Position numbers and translations under genes: made by a program | Origin: a virus | Lineage: Duplodnaviria > Caudoviricetes | Strand: one strand, 5' to 3' | DNA: 64,000 nt | Virus record (IMG/VR): IMGVR_UViG_3300010885_080481 | Shown: positions 1 to 8,115 of the stretch, piece by piece | Layout: each line of letters starts with the position of its first letter | Numbering within the stretch: position 1 is the stretch's first letter | Notes under the pieces: generated by a model | The model's input: only the letters and a program-made list of their open reading frames with translations | Database searches by the model: none | Told to the model about the DNA's origin: nothing

Positions 1-103
1 TAGTTGTGTCTAACGTTCTGATCTTACGTTTAACAACAGGTCCACTTTTGAAGAGACGAGTTAAACGTTGGAATAAACTTTTATTATTTTCTTCTTTAGA
101 CAC
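1..103 (-). CDS. 5' part of a gene running off the window, probably the portal protein
   Basis: GTG at 103 opens MSKEENNKSLFQRLTRLFKSGPVVKRKIRTLDTT... to the window edge. It lies two genes downstream of TerL; the portal call rests on position and recalled N-terminal similarity. Confidence 0.45.
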   Translation of the reverse strand, partial: MSKEENNKSLFQRLTRLFKSGPVVKRKIRTLDTT

Positions 104-113
104 GATATTACGA

Positions 114-141
114 CCCTACGTATCAATATATCTACGTAGGG
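114..141. promoter_or_regulatory. 9-bp inverted repeat upstream of the putative portal start
   Basis: ccctacgta-N10-tacgtaggg. Confidence 0.55.
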
Positions 142-160
142 CTACAATGGGCAAAAAAAC

Positions 161-463
161 TTAACCTTTTACTGGTTTCAGCGTAACTTTTTGAGCAATT
201 TTTTGTTTCTTTAAATCAGTTACATAGCTCATTGGATTTTGCATCATCAGTTCTAAAACATCTTTTATATTTTTAAGATGAGGAGTTAAAGCATTGACTG
301 CCGCAGGAGGAACCTCATTCTCAAATTCGCTAATTTCTTCATATAAGTCAGCGACAGAAGAGAACAACGCTTTTGCTTCAGCTGAATTCATATTTTCAAC
401 AATGCTTGTTCGTTGAATTGTTATTTCATCTTGCAACGTTTTTGAGTTTAACTTTTTAGACAT
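161..463 (-). CDS. hypothetical protein (100 aa)
   Basis: Clean ORF co-oriented with TerL, TAAATA motif upstream, no recognisable family. Confidence 0.6.
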   Translation of the reverse strand: MSKKLNSKTLQDEITIQRTSIVENMNSAEAKALFSSVADLYEEISEFENEVPPAAVNALTPHLKNIKDVLELMMQNPMSYVTDLKKQKIAQKVTLKPVKG

Positions 464-495
464 TTTGAACCTGGCTTATACGCTATATTTATTAC

Positions 496-2145
496 TTAAT
501 CTCGATATAACCAAGATAAATCTGTCATCGATGGATCAGAGTTAGCGTTGACATGTTTCACTTGCGAAGGTTCTCTTAGCTTGTAAACATTTTGTGGATT
601 AATTCCGTTGGCAGCTCGAAGTGTGGGGCTTATGTAAGGTTGCGCTGAGTTCGGACCGTTAGGAATGTCATTTAATTCTACTCTAGAGATTCCTGTCGAT
701 TTAAGCATTGCATATGCCATTGCCATCGACGATTCGTTCGTCCCACTGCCATCTTCTACTAACCAGGCTCCGATTGCTAGGCTCATGATTAAATCATCAT
801 GACTATCCTTAGAAGCCATTGGTTTGTTATTGTTCCAGACAAAGGCCTGTAATTGATCGTATAATCTTTGTGAATGACACTTCAGGGTTTTATTTCTAAT
901 TAATTCTTCTAACTTTGTGAGGACTTGTACCCTTGTTTTTTGGTTAGTTGGAAACCCTGGCAGTTCTGATTGGTCTGTCGGGATATAAGAAAAAGGATCT
1001 CCTTTATGGTTATGGTAGTATAACTTTGTATATCCTGAATCTCTTAACTTAACGTTGACAAAGTATCCGAAAGTATTATTTTCAGGACATATAAAAGCGT
1101 TATTGTATTTTTTCCCCCATTCAGACAACAAATCAGCAAATTTTTCAGGAGGTATTTTGCCCATATATTCGGCTACAACTTCGCAACTAGATTGATCAAT
1201 CACGTGAAAAGCTGAATAATCGGAAGCGTCGCCACGGGCTACGTCGGCGGATATAACATAATTTTTATCCAACGAAGGATGATCCCATATCCAAACGTTT
1301 CTATCAAACCCAGATTTTTCGACTGGTGGGAAGATGCGTGATCTAAATTCTTCTAGATCTTCTGATTGCAGGAACGTATCGCCTGAAGTAATAAAGTCGC
1401 AAAGATACTCTTGGCTTACTTTTCTTTTAGGTAGATTTCTAGTCTCTTTTATGAACCAAGCTTCATCGTGCTCAGGATGAACAGTCCATGGTAAACGAAT
1501 CGGATTAAACTCATTAGTTCCAGCTTCTGCCTCCACCCAAAGTCTGTAATACAAACCTCCCACACCATTTGGGGAAGATATAAGGATTGCATTACCGCCT
1601 GTCGTCAAGGTAGGATAAAGGCCGGTCCAAATCGTGTCGAAATCTCTAATAAACGCACACTCGTCTACTATCAACAGAGACAAAGCTTCTGAACGACCAG
1701 CATCCTCAGATGTAGGAACTGCTTTTATTTGAGAACCATTACTAAAAGAAATTTGTTGTTTTGACGGTTCAAATTTTGGCATTAAAAGCCATTTTGGCAA
1801 AGATTGCAACATGACAGCTACCTTCTTTATGAAGTTTTGAGCAGTAGCAAGTTTCGTTGCAATTACCAGAATGTTTTTATCTTTATAAAAGATAGCTAAC
1901 CATGTGGCATAGGCAGCAGATACAGTTGATAGTCCTAACTGTCTTGATTTTAAAACTATGTTGAATCGATTCTTTTGAAAATTCTCTAAGCAATCTTCTT
2001 GAAACTGATACAATTCAAAAGGTATCGTTCCTTTTAAAGGATGCTGAATTTTTGCATAGTTTTTAATGAAATACGCAGGATCTTTCCCGCAGCGTATGAT
2101 CTCACTAATCTGTTGTTGTTTCGTTAAATTTTTTTCAGCCATCAA
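496..2145 (-). CDS. terL: terminase large subunit (T4 gp17-like)
   Basis: KSRQLGLST Walker A, LLIVDECAFI Walker B, SSPNG coupling motif, ISADVARG and HDDLIMSLA nuclease motifs. Probable start is the ATG at 2142 overlapping the upstream TGA. Confidence 0.95.
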   Translation of the reverse strand: MMAEKNLTKQQQISEIIRCGKDPAYFIKNYAKIQHPLKGTIPFELYQFQEDCLENFQKNRFNIVLKSRQLGLSTVSAAYATWLAIFYKDKNILVIATKLATAQNFIKKVAVMLQSLPKWLLMPKFEPSKQQISFSNGSQIKAVPTSEDAGRSEALSLLIVDECAFIRDFDTIWTGLYPTLTTGGNAILISSPNGVGGLYYRLWVEAEAGTNEFNPIRLPWTVHPEHDEAWFIKETRNLPKRKVSQEYLCDFITSGDTFLQSEDLEEFRSRIFPPVEKSGFDRNVWIWDHPSLDKNYVISADVARGDASDYSAFHVIDQSSCEVVAEYMGKIPPEKFADLLSEWGKKYNNAFICPENNTFGYFVNVKLRDSGYTKLYYHNHKGDPFSYIPTDQSELPGFPTNQKTRVQVLTKLEELIRNKTLKCHSQRLYDQLQAFVWNNNKPMASKDSHDDLIMSLAIGAWLVEDGSGTNESSMAMAYAMLKSTGISRVELNDIPNGPNSAQPYISPTLRAANGINPQNVYKLREPSQVKHVNANSDPSMTDLSWLYRD

Positions 2146-2528
2146 GCTAACTCAAATATACATTTTCTTCTATACAACGCAGTTCTTTTTGGATTATGAA
2201 CGTTCATTCCAATGATTTCTACAGTTTCAGTAGCAGAAACTTCTTTTAACTTTAAGGTCTTTCCAGCCTTGTCTTTATAATTGCTTTTTACGTTATCAAC
2301 AATGCTTTTGATATTGCTAACAGATTGCTCAGATTCTAATAACTTCACTCTAAGCATTTCTCTTTCAGATGCAAAGTTAACAATCGTTTGGTAATTTAAG
2401 ACCAATTGATTTTGACCTGATAAGCTCATTTTTACAGAAAATCCGCTTACATTAGGTACAGGTTTTGAGGAACGACCCCATGAAGTATCTATTGCTTCTC
2501 CTAATGCGCTAAGATCTATATCTGCCAT
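2142..2528 (-). CDS. hypothetical protein (128 aa)
   Basis: SD-like AGAGGA upstream; stop overlaps the TerL start. Confidence 0.7.
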   Translation of the reverse strand: MADIDLSALGEAIDTSWGRSSKPVPNVSGFSVKMSLSGQNQLVLNYQTIVNFASEREMLRVKLLESEQSVSNIKSIVDNVKSNYKDKAGKTLKLKEVSATETVEIIGMNVHNPKRTALYRRKCIFELA

Positions 2529-2580
2529 TTTGTATCCTCTACTTTAAAAACTAAAACTATAAGTATGCGTTTCCTTTGAA

Positions 2581-2880
2581 TTAGAGATTTATCGATACAT
2601 TTATCTCTTTTTTACCAAATTTCTTTTCTATTTCTAGCTTATCTGGACGCCATCCAATTTTCCATTTTTCTTGGTTTGGACGGGCCCAAAAAATTTCGCA
2701 AGTTTCGCAACAGCTGAATTGTCTAAAAGATTTTTCATCTTCAGATGTTCTCATTAAAAAATCGCAAACTGGACATGATATTGGCGTCACGTCATTTTCA
2801 TCATGGTCTTCTGCTTTTATGAAGAACCAACCTTCACACTTCTTAATTAATCTATTATTCAAATAAGGTTGCCATGTCAT
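2581..2880 (-). CDS. small Cys-rich putative Zn-binding protein
   Basis: CPVC and CCETC motifs; ATGA overlap with the Mre11-Rad50 fusion gene. Confidence 0.65.
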   Translation of the reverse strand: MTWQPYLNNRLIKKCEGWFFIKAEDHDENDVTPISCPVCDFLMRTSEDEKSFRQFSCCETCEIFWARPNQEKWKIGWRPDKLEIEKKFGKKEINVSINL

Positions 2881-5800
2881 ACAACTAAAACTCTTGATTC
2901 TTTTTCTTGCTTTGTAATCTCTAAGATGTGATCTGCAATGTCTTTTATTCCGTCCACATGTGTGATTACCAACACAATTCTAAAATACTTTTTCAAACTA
3001 GTTAAAAGCCGGCTACATGCTTCTACCCCAGACTCATCTAACGTTCCAAACCCTTCATCTATTATGAACATATCAGACTTAGGTAGAGTAGAGACGTTAG
3101 TCAATGCAATACGTAATGCAATTGACGCGATGGTTTTTTCCATACCGGAGCATAACTCAATTATTCTCCTTGAGTCTCCGTAATTGATATAAATTTCAGT
3201 CGAGTCTAGTTCTTCATCGTTCTCTAGCTCTATTGTAAAATCAACGATGCCTTGTAAGATTTTACAAATCTCAGCATTAATAACTGGTAGCTGCGTTTTT
3301 GTAATCATTAAAGGCAATCCTTTTTTTGAAAAAGCATCGCAAATCATTTCAAATGCTTTCATTTCTTTAATGAGAGCATTTCTTGAATCTTTTTCTGACT
3401 TTAACTTCTCTAGATCTGATGTTAAGCGCCCGTGCTGTTTAGCCAGTTCTAATTTTTCATTGTCATGATTCTTGATAGCCTTAGACAATTCTTCTATTCT
3501 AGATCTTAGGTTAACAACTTCATAATTTTCATTATTTTTTAAAGCCTCTTGTAGTGATAGCAATTTTTCTTGACTAGCTGCTAAATTTTCTACGCAAGAA
3601 TCACAAGCTGATTTGTTCTTTGCAATTTCAGTTTCTTTTTTAGAGATTTCTAGTTTTAAGCTTGATGATAAAGTCAATGCTTTTTCGTGTTTCGTTATTT
3701 TAGAGACGATAGAATCTTTATCAAAATCTGCTATTACTTCCAATGCTTTTTCAAGAGACTTTTTAATAGATGATTCTTTTTCTTGCTGCTGTTTGATGCT
3801 TGATTTATCCTCATGAGCATTTTTTATGAATTTGCAAGTTGGATATTCATCATTGCAAGGTACTTCTTCGAGAAGTCTTAAAGACTTTTGCTGTCTCTGC
3901 AGTATTGAAGATTCTTTTTCGTAAGAATGTTTTAAGTCTACGATAGATTTTTCTAAAGATTCAATTGTAGTTAACTTCTTTTTTAGTTCTGCTACATTTT
4001 CATTATCAATTAATTCATTTACCGCTGATAACTTTGAGCTCAACGAGTCAATTTCTGATTTTAGAGTTTCGATTCTATCAGAACAATCTTTTGCTTGTTT
4101 TTCAAGCAAAGAAACTTTTTTCTCTTGTTGTTCGACCTCTATAGATGTAACAGGTTTAAAATCTTTGTAAGATGAAATTTCAGATCGTAGGTCATTTAAC
4201 TTACTTTGAGAATCTGATATGACATTACTTAGTTCTTCAATTTTTTCGCTTAATTCTTCGCAGGTTTCTTCGCCTTGCGATTGTAGAAAGTCCCAATTTT
4301 TCTCTGGATAATTCTTTAATCGCGATTTAAACCCATTCAATTCTTTGTTAGATATCTCGTACATCTTGTCAAAGATGTCTAGGTCCAAGAATCTTGACAA
4401 CAAGGCTCGCCTTTTTGCCGAAGACAAAAGTATGAATGCGCCTGTTTCTCCTTGGGCTGAAAAAGATGTCATCAAAAAATCTTCAGATGATCCTACTAAA
4501 GATTTTATTGTTTTTTCCGTGTCAGTTCTTTGTTCTCCGCCTAGGTCTTCAGCGTCACCGTTTTCGTTAATCTTAAAAAGGTTAAGCGCGGTGGAAGCAT
4601 TGGTTAACCCTTTTTTATTTACATTCTTTGTAGTTTGACGCTCTACAACGTAGGTAGTTCCATTATGATCAAAAATTGACCTAGCTGAACAATACGGTTT
4701 TCTTACGTTACAAACGTAAAGATTCTTCATTGCGCCTCTGTCAGTCGTGTTGAACAGAGAGTACATGATGGTCCCTATTATTGAAGATTTGCCGATTCTG
4801 TTTTGTCCAAAAATTCCCACGATTCCATTCAGCTTAGAGAAATTAATCTCATTATCTTCACCGTAAGCAAAAACGTTATCCCACTTCATGTGCTTTAAAG
4901 ACCAAGAAGAACTCCTGGCTAAATCATCAGAAGTCATTACTGTTGCTAAATATTTTTTTATCTCGTTTTCTACGACGTTCCAATCGACGTCGACGTATTT
5001 GTTTTCTTTGCAATAGGCTCTCAGTAATGATAAGATCGTATCGCTTGAACGTATGTTCTTTTTCTCAAGAACAACTTCTTTAGTAGAGATTTTGCCGATT
5101 TCAGGTTTATATTCCAGTTTAAACGTCACTTCAGTTGCAATCATTTCTGAACGCAAGTGATCCGTGATAATTTGAACATCACCCTGCGAAATTGGAAGAG
5201 TTGAACGTATTCTAAATCTAGATTGTTTTGGATACTTTGAGATCTGCATAAGCAAATCTTCATGCGAACCAGACCAATCTAAAGTAACATATGGTTTTGG
5301 ATTGGGTAGCTTATAAAAATTTACGTCCCAATCTTTGGAACTTTGTATTTTCCACAGCAGATAACCATGTTCTAACTCTTCTGCATAATTTTGCTGAACG
5401 GGAGTTCCTGGGAAACCTATCCACGGTTTTCCATCACGATAGGCCAACATTTGACGTTTGTGAATGTCTCCTAAAAATGCAAAATCATAACCGTCAAAAA
5501 ATTCAACAGTTATTCCTTCTTCAATATCCCATCCTGATTCAGTGACTGACCCTCTAACTTGTCCATGATAACAAGCTATGTTAATTTTTTCAGCTTGCGG
5601 CTTTACTAAATTCCAGTTTTCTTCATCAAATAAGCTGAAAATACACCAATTGTATCCGGGGTGGAATTCGTATACTCCACTTTTTTTGTATAGATGAACT
5701 CGAGGATTATTTAAAGCTGCTACAATCGGCGACACCGCATCTTGCCTCGTAAGATTCACTAAATTGCCGTCATGATTTCCTAACGTGAGGTGAACTTGAG

Positions 5801-6017
5801 CAATTTTAGACATTGAATCGAGCCACCACGTAAGTTGATCGATGTATTCAGGCGAAATTCCTGAAACTTTCGTGTGAAAGATATCTCCCCCGACAAAGAT
5901 GTGATCAACTTCTTTGCTTTTGCAATCTTCGATAAATTTTGAAAAAATTTCTCGATATTCATCGTGACGACTTAATCCGCGCCAATGAATGTCTGCAATG
6001 TGAGCGATTCTTAGCAT
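2877..6017 (-). CDS. fused Mre11/SbcD nuclease - Rad50/SbcC ATPase
   Basis: N-terminal phosphoesterase motifs HIADIH, GGDIFH, GNHDG, GDIH. C-terminal GQNRIGKSS Walker A, long coiled coil, CSGMEK signature, IIDEGFGTLD Walker B/D-loop and ITH H-loop. Confidence 0.93.
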   Translation of the reverse strand: MLRIAHIADIHWRGLSRHDEYREIFSKFIEDCKSKEVDHIFVGGDIFHTKVSGISPEYIDQLTWWLDSMSKIAQVHLTLGNHDGNLVNLTRQDAVSPIVAALNNPRVHLYKKSGVYEFHPGYNWCIFSLFDEENWNLVKPQAEKINIACYHGQVRGSVTESGWDIEEGITVEFFDGYDFAFLGDIHKRQMLAYRDGKPWIGFPGTPVQQNYAEELEHGYLLWKIQSSKDWDVNFYKLPNPKPYVTLDWSGSHEDLLMQISKYPKQSRFRIRSTLPISQGDVQIITDHLRSEMIATEVTFKLEYKPEIGKISTKEVVLEKKNIRSSDTILSLLRAYCKENKYVDVDWNVVENEIKKYLATVMTSDDLARSSSWSLKHMKWDNVFAYGEDNEINFSKLNGIVGIFGQNRIGKSSIIGTIMYSLFNTTDRGAMKNLYVCNVRKPYCSARSIFDHNGTTYVVERQTTKNVNKKGLTNASTALNLFKINENGDAEDLGGEQRTDTEKTIKSLVGSSEDFLMTSFSAQGETGAFILLSSAKRRALLSRFLDLDIFDKMYEISNKELNGFKSRLKNYPEKNWDFLQSQGEETCEELSEKIEELSNVISDSQSKLNDLRSEISSYKDFKPVTSIEVEQQEKKVSLLEKQAKDCSDRIETLKSEIDSLSSKLSAVNELIDNENVAELKKKLTTIESLEKSIVDLKHSYEKESSILQRQQKSLRLLEEVPCNDEYPTCKFIKNAHEDKSSIKQQQEKESSIKKSLEKALEVIADFDKDSIVSKITKHEKALTLSSSLKLEISKKETEIAKNKSACDSCVENLAASQEKLLSLQEALKNNENYEVVNLRSRIEELSKAIKNHDNEKLELAKQHGRLTSDLEKLKSEKDSRNALIKEMKAFEMICDAFSKKGLPLMITKTQLPVINAEICKILQGIVDFTIELENDEELDSTEIYINYGDSRRIIELCSGMEKTIASIALRIALTNVSTLPKSDMFIIDEGFGTLDESGVEACSRLLTSLKKYFRIVLVITHVDGIKDIADHILEITKQEKESRVLVV

Positions 6018-6024
6018 TTGTAAT

Positions 6025-6053
6025 AAATTAATGTTTTTAGTAAGAGGTGTTCA
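6025..6053 (-). promoter_or_regulatory. TGAACA-N17-TAATTT promoter, 7 nt before the Mre11-Rad50 ATG
   Basis: Read directly; the TGA is the primase stop codon. Confidence 0.55.
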
Positions 6054-7034
6054 AAGTTTAAAGCTGGTGGTCATCGCTTTTGATAACTTATTAATAAATA
6101 AATCATTCCAGCTGAGTGGTCTGGCTTCTGATAGTGCAGTAACAAATTCTGACTTATTCATGCTACCAGGATCTCCCCATGGTCTAACATCCACAACGAT
6201 AACGTCAATGTCATATTCTTGTAACTTCTTTACAATCTTAGGCGTCTTTTTGTTCCACATGTCTCCATCAAGTGCTAAGGCTATCGGCGTGTTATACAAC
6301 AAAATCTTATTAAAGATTTCGTGACGTTCATCTAGGTCTGATCCCAGGATTGCGGTAGAGTTATCAGGACATTTTACAAGATCAAATGCTCCCTCGACCA
6401 GAACAAGACGTTTTTTCCAATCAACATTTATTTCATTAAAAATGATAGGATTTTTATCAACGTCTGGATTATCGTACTTAGGTTTTTTATCTTTGTCTAT
6501 AGCTCTGGCTACGAAGTAGTTCAGATTTCCTGATTCATCGAATGACGGCATGATGATTCTGCGTTTCCATCTAGGTTCATCAGAAACTCCTAATTTAAAG
6601 TACCAAGCATCTCGTTCATTTAATCCTCTAGAATAGAGGTAACGCCAAGCTGCCTTTATATCAGGATCCATTTCATTTGCTAACGTAATCAGCTTAAAGT
6701 CTTTAGGTAGTTCTAATTTAAGCGGTTCTTCTTTCTGTCCTGTGACGAGTTGAGAAACGTCGCCGAAAAAACCAAATAGTTCCTTAAAAATAGAAAGATG
6801 AGTTTGCGTTCCAAACTTTCTTATGAGAGGAATTATAGATCTTGCTTTCCATCCACAAACCCAGCAGTGATTTGCTGAGGTGTCTGTTCGAATAGAGAGT
6901 TTCTTTTTTGTTAGATCAGTTGGAGCGCATATGGGGCAACGAACATCAAAGTTGATACCGTTGGACGATATGCGTCCTTTACCAAAAATGGATTCAAAAA
7001 AATTTATGCTATCAGAGACCGAACGAATGGCCAC
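6051..7034 (-). CDS. DNA primase (Zn finger + TOPRIM)
   Basis: CPIC...HCWVC zinc finger, RIIMP, VLVEGAFD and ALDGD TOPRIM motifs. Confidence 0.88.
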   Translation of the reverse strand: MAIRSVSDSINFFESIFGKGRISSNGINFDVRCPICAPTDLTKKKLSIRTDTSANHCWVCGWKARSIIPLIRKFGTQTHLSIFKELFGFFGDVSQLVTGQKEEPLKLELPKDFKLITLANEMDPDIKAAWRYLYSRGLNERDAWYFKLGVSDEPRWKRRIIMPSFDESGNLNYFVARAIDKDKKPKYDNPDVDKNPIIFNEINVDWKKRLVLVEGAFDLVKCPDNSTAILGSDLDERHEIFNKILLYNTPIALALDGDMWNKKTPKIVKKLQEYDIDVIVVDVRPWGDPGSMNKSEFVTALSEARPLSWNDLFINKLSKAMTTSFKL

Positions 7035-7040
7035 AGAGTC

Positions 7041-7069
7041 ATCGTAACACTAAAATATTGAATTGTTCA
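7041..7069 (-). promoter_or_regulatory. TGAACA-N17-TACGAT promoter, 6 nt before the primase GTG
   Basis: Read directly; the TGA is the resolvase stop codon. Confidence 0.6.
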
Positions 7070-7621
7070 CATGAGGCTCGCTGCTCGGGCGATAACATAT
7101 GCGTCTGTAGCATCTCGACTCCAATCGACAGGTTCTCCATTTTTCTTTTTTGGCCAATCGACGTGTCCCAAATCATTTTCTGACATGTATTTAAAAACTT
7201 GTTCTTTACCAGACATACCAGCTTTTGCGGTTTTTTGCATCTTTATTCCGCATAATTTTCTAGCTGAAGCAGATGAAATGTACTCAGGATCAACACCAAA
7301 AATTTCTCTTGAAATGTAAGAAACAATTCCATTAAATCTCATTAGAGTTGTGATAGTTGCAGCTGAGGACATACCTGTTCTGAAACCCATCAGGGGTTCT
7401 TCTAACGCTACTCGATATGTTCCTGGATATTTTTTGGATAGACCTCTTAACTCTAAGTTTGTTAGGTCTGCTTTTTCCCAAAAAGTTTTACACTTCTTGA
7501 ATTCGATACGATCGAGGTGAAGGATTTGAGACCCTCTATCATCAGGCGTGATTTCTGAATTGAGTATACAGATTCCTGTGACAGACGTGGAAACATCCAA
7601 TCCAAAAATTATTTTTGACAC
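7067..7621 (-). CDS. RuvC-like Holliday junction resolvase
   Basis: IFGLDVSTSVTG, ALEEP and DATDAYVIA RNase H-fold acidic motifs. Probable GTG start at 7621 (track ORF begins at 7657). Confidence 0.8.
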   Translation of the reverse strand: MSKIIFGLDVSTSVTGICILNSEITPDDRGSQILHLDRIEFKKCKTFWEKADLTNLELRGLSKKYPGTYRVALEEPLMGFRTGMSSAATITTLMRFNGIVSYISREIFGVDPEYISSASARKLCGIKMQKTAKAGMSGKEQVFKYMSENDLGHVDWPKKKNGEPVDWSRDATDAYVIARAASLM

Positions 7622-7707
7622 ATCACAAATTATTGCATGAGAAATTTTAGTAAACAAAGCGCGTATAACATAACCGCCGACGCCCAGATGATCTACGATT
7701 AATTAGA

Positions 7708-8115
7708 TTAAATTACGCCTAGTTGCTTTAACTCTATTTCCGTAAGCATCAAGAAAGTCATTCCATGATGATGGCACCACAGTTTTGCTGCCTCCGACTT
7801 CTTCTTAACATTAACAGAATCTAATTTCCTTTTTTGTTTTATTTCCACGACAAACTTAGTACCGTTTTTAAGTTCTACGTAAAAATCAGGGTAGTATTTT
7901 CTGATTTTTCCCGTCGACTTATTTGAAACGTATTCTATGATTACTTTTTCATAAGACCAAGAAGATACGTCAGCATGGACATCCAAAAATATCATATATT
8001 TTTGTTCCCACCCACTTCTAAACTTGCACTCACCTGCAATAGGGGATATGTGAATGCCTCTTTGATAACGTGGTTTTTTCTTTCTTCTTTTTTTCTTTGT
8101 CTTTTTACCAATCAT
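7708..8115 (-). CDS. head completion nuclease (T4 gp4 / TnsA-N-like PD-(D/E)xK)
   Basis: FRSGWE, WSYE, YYPDFYVE, VVEIK motifs. Confidence 0.8.
   Translation of the reverse strand: MIGKKTKKKRRKKKPRYQRGIHISPIAGECKFRSGWEQKYMIFLDVHADVSSWSYEKVIIEYVSNKSTGKIRKYYPDFYVELKNGTKFVVEIKQKRKLDSVNVKKKSEAAKLWCHHHGMTFLMLTEIELKQLGVI

Noticed and set aside
7658-7707. GC-rich intergenic patch as tRNA or ncRNA
   Set aside because: Too short, no cloverleaf, only a 4-bp possible stem; no tRNA or rRNA was recognised anywhere in the window
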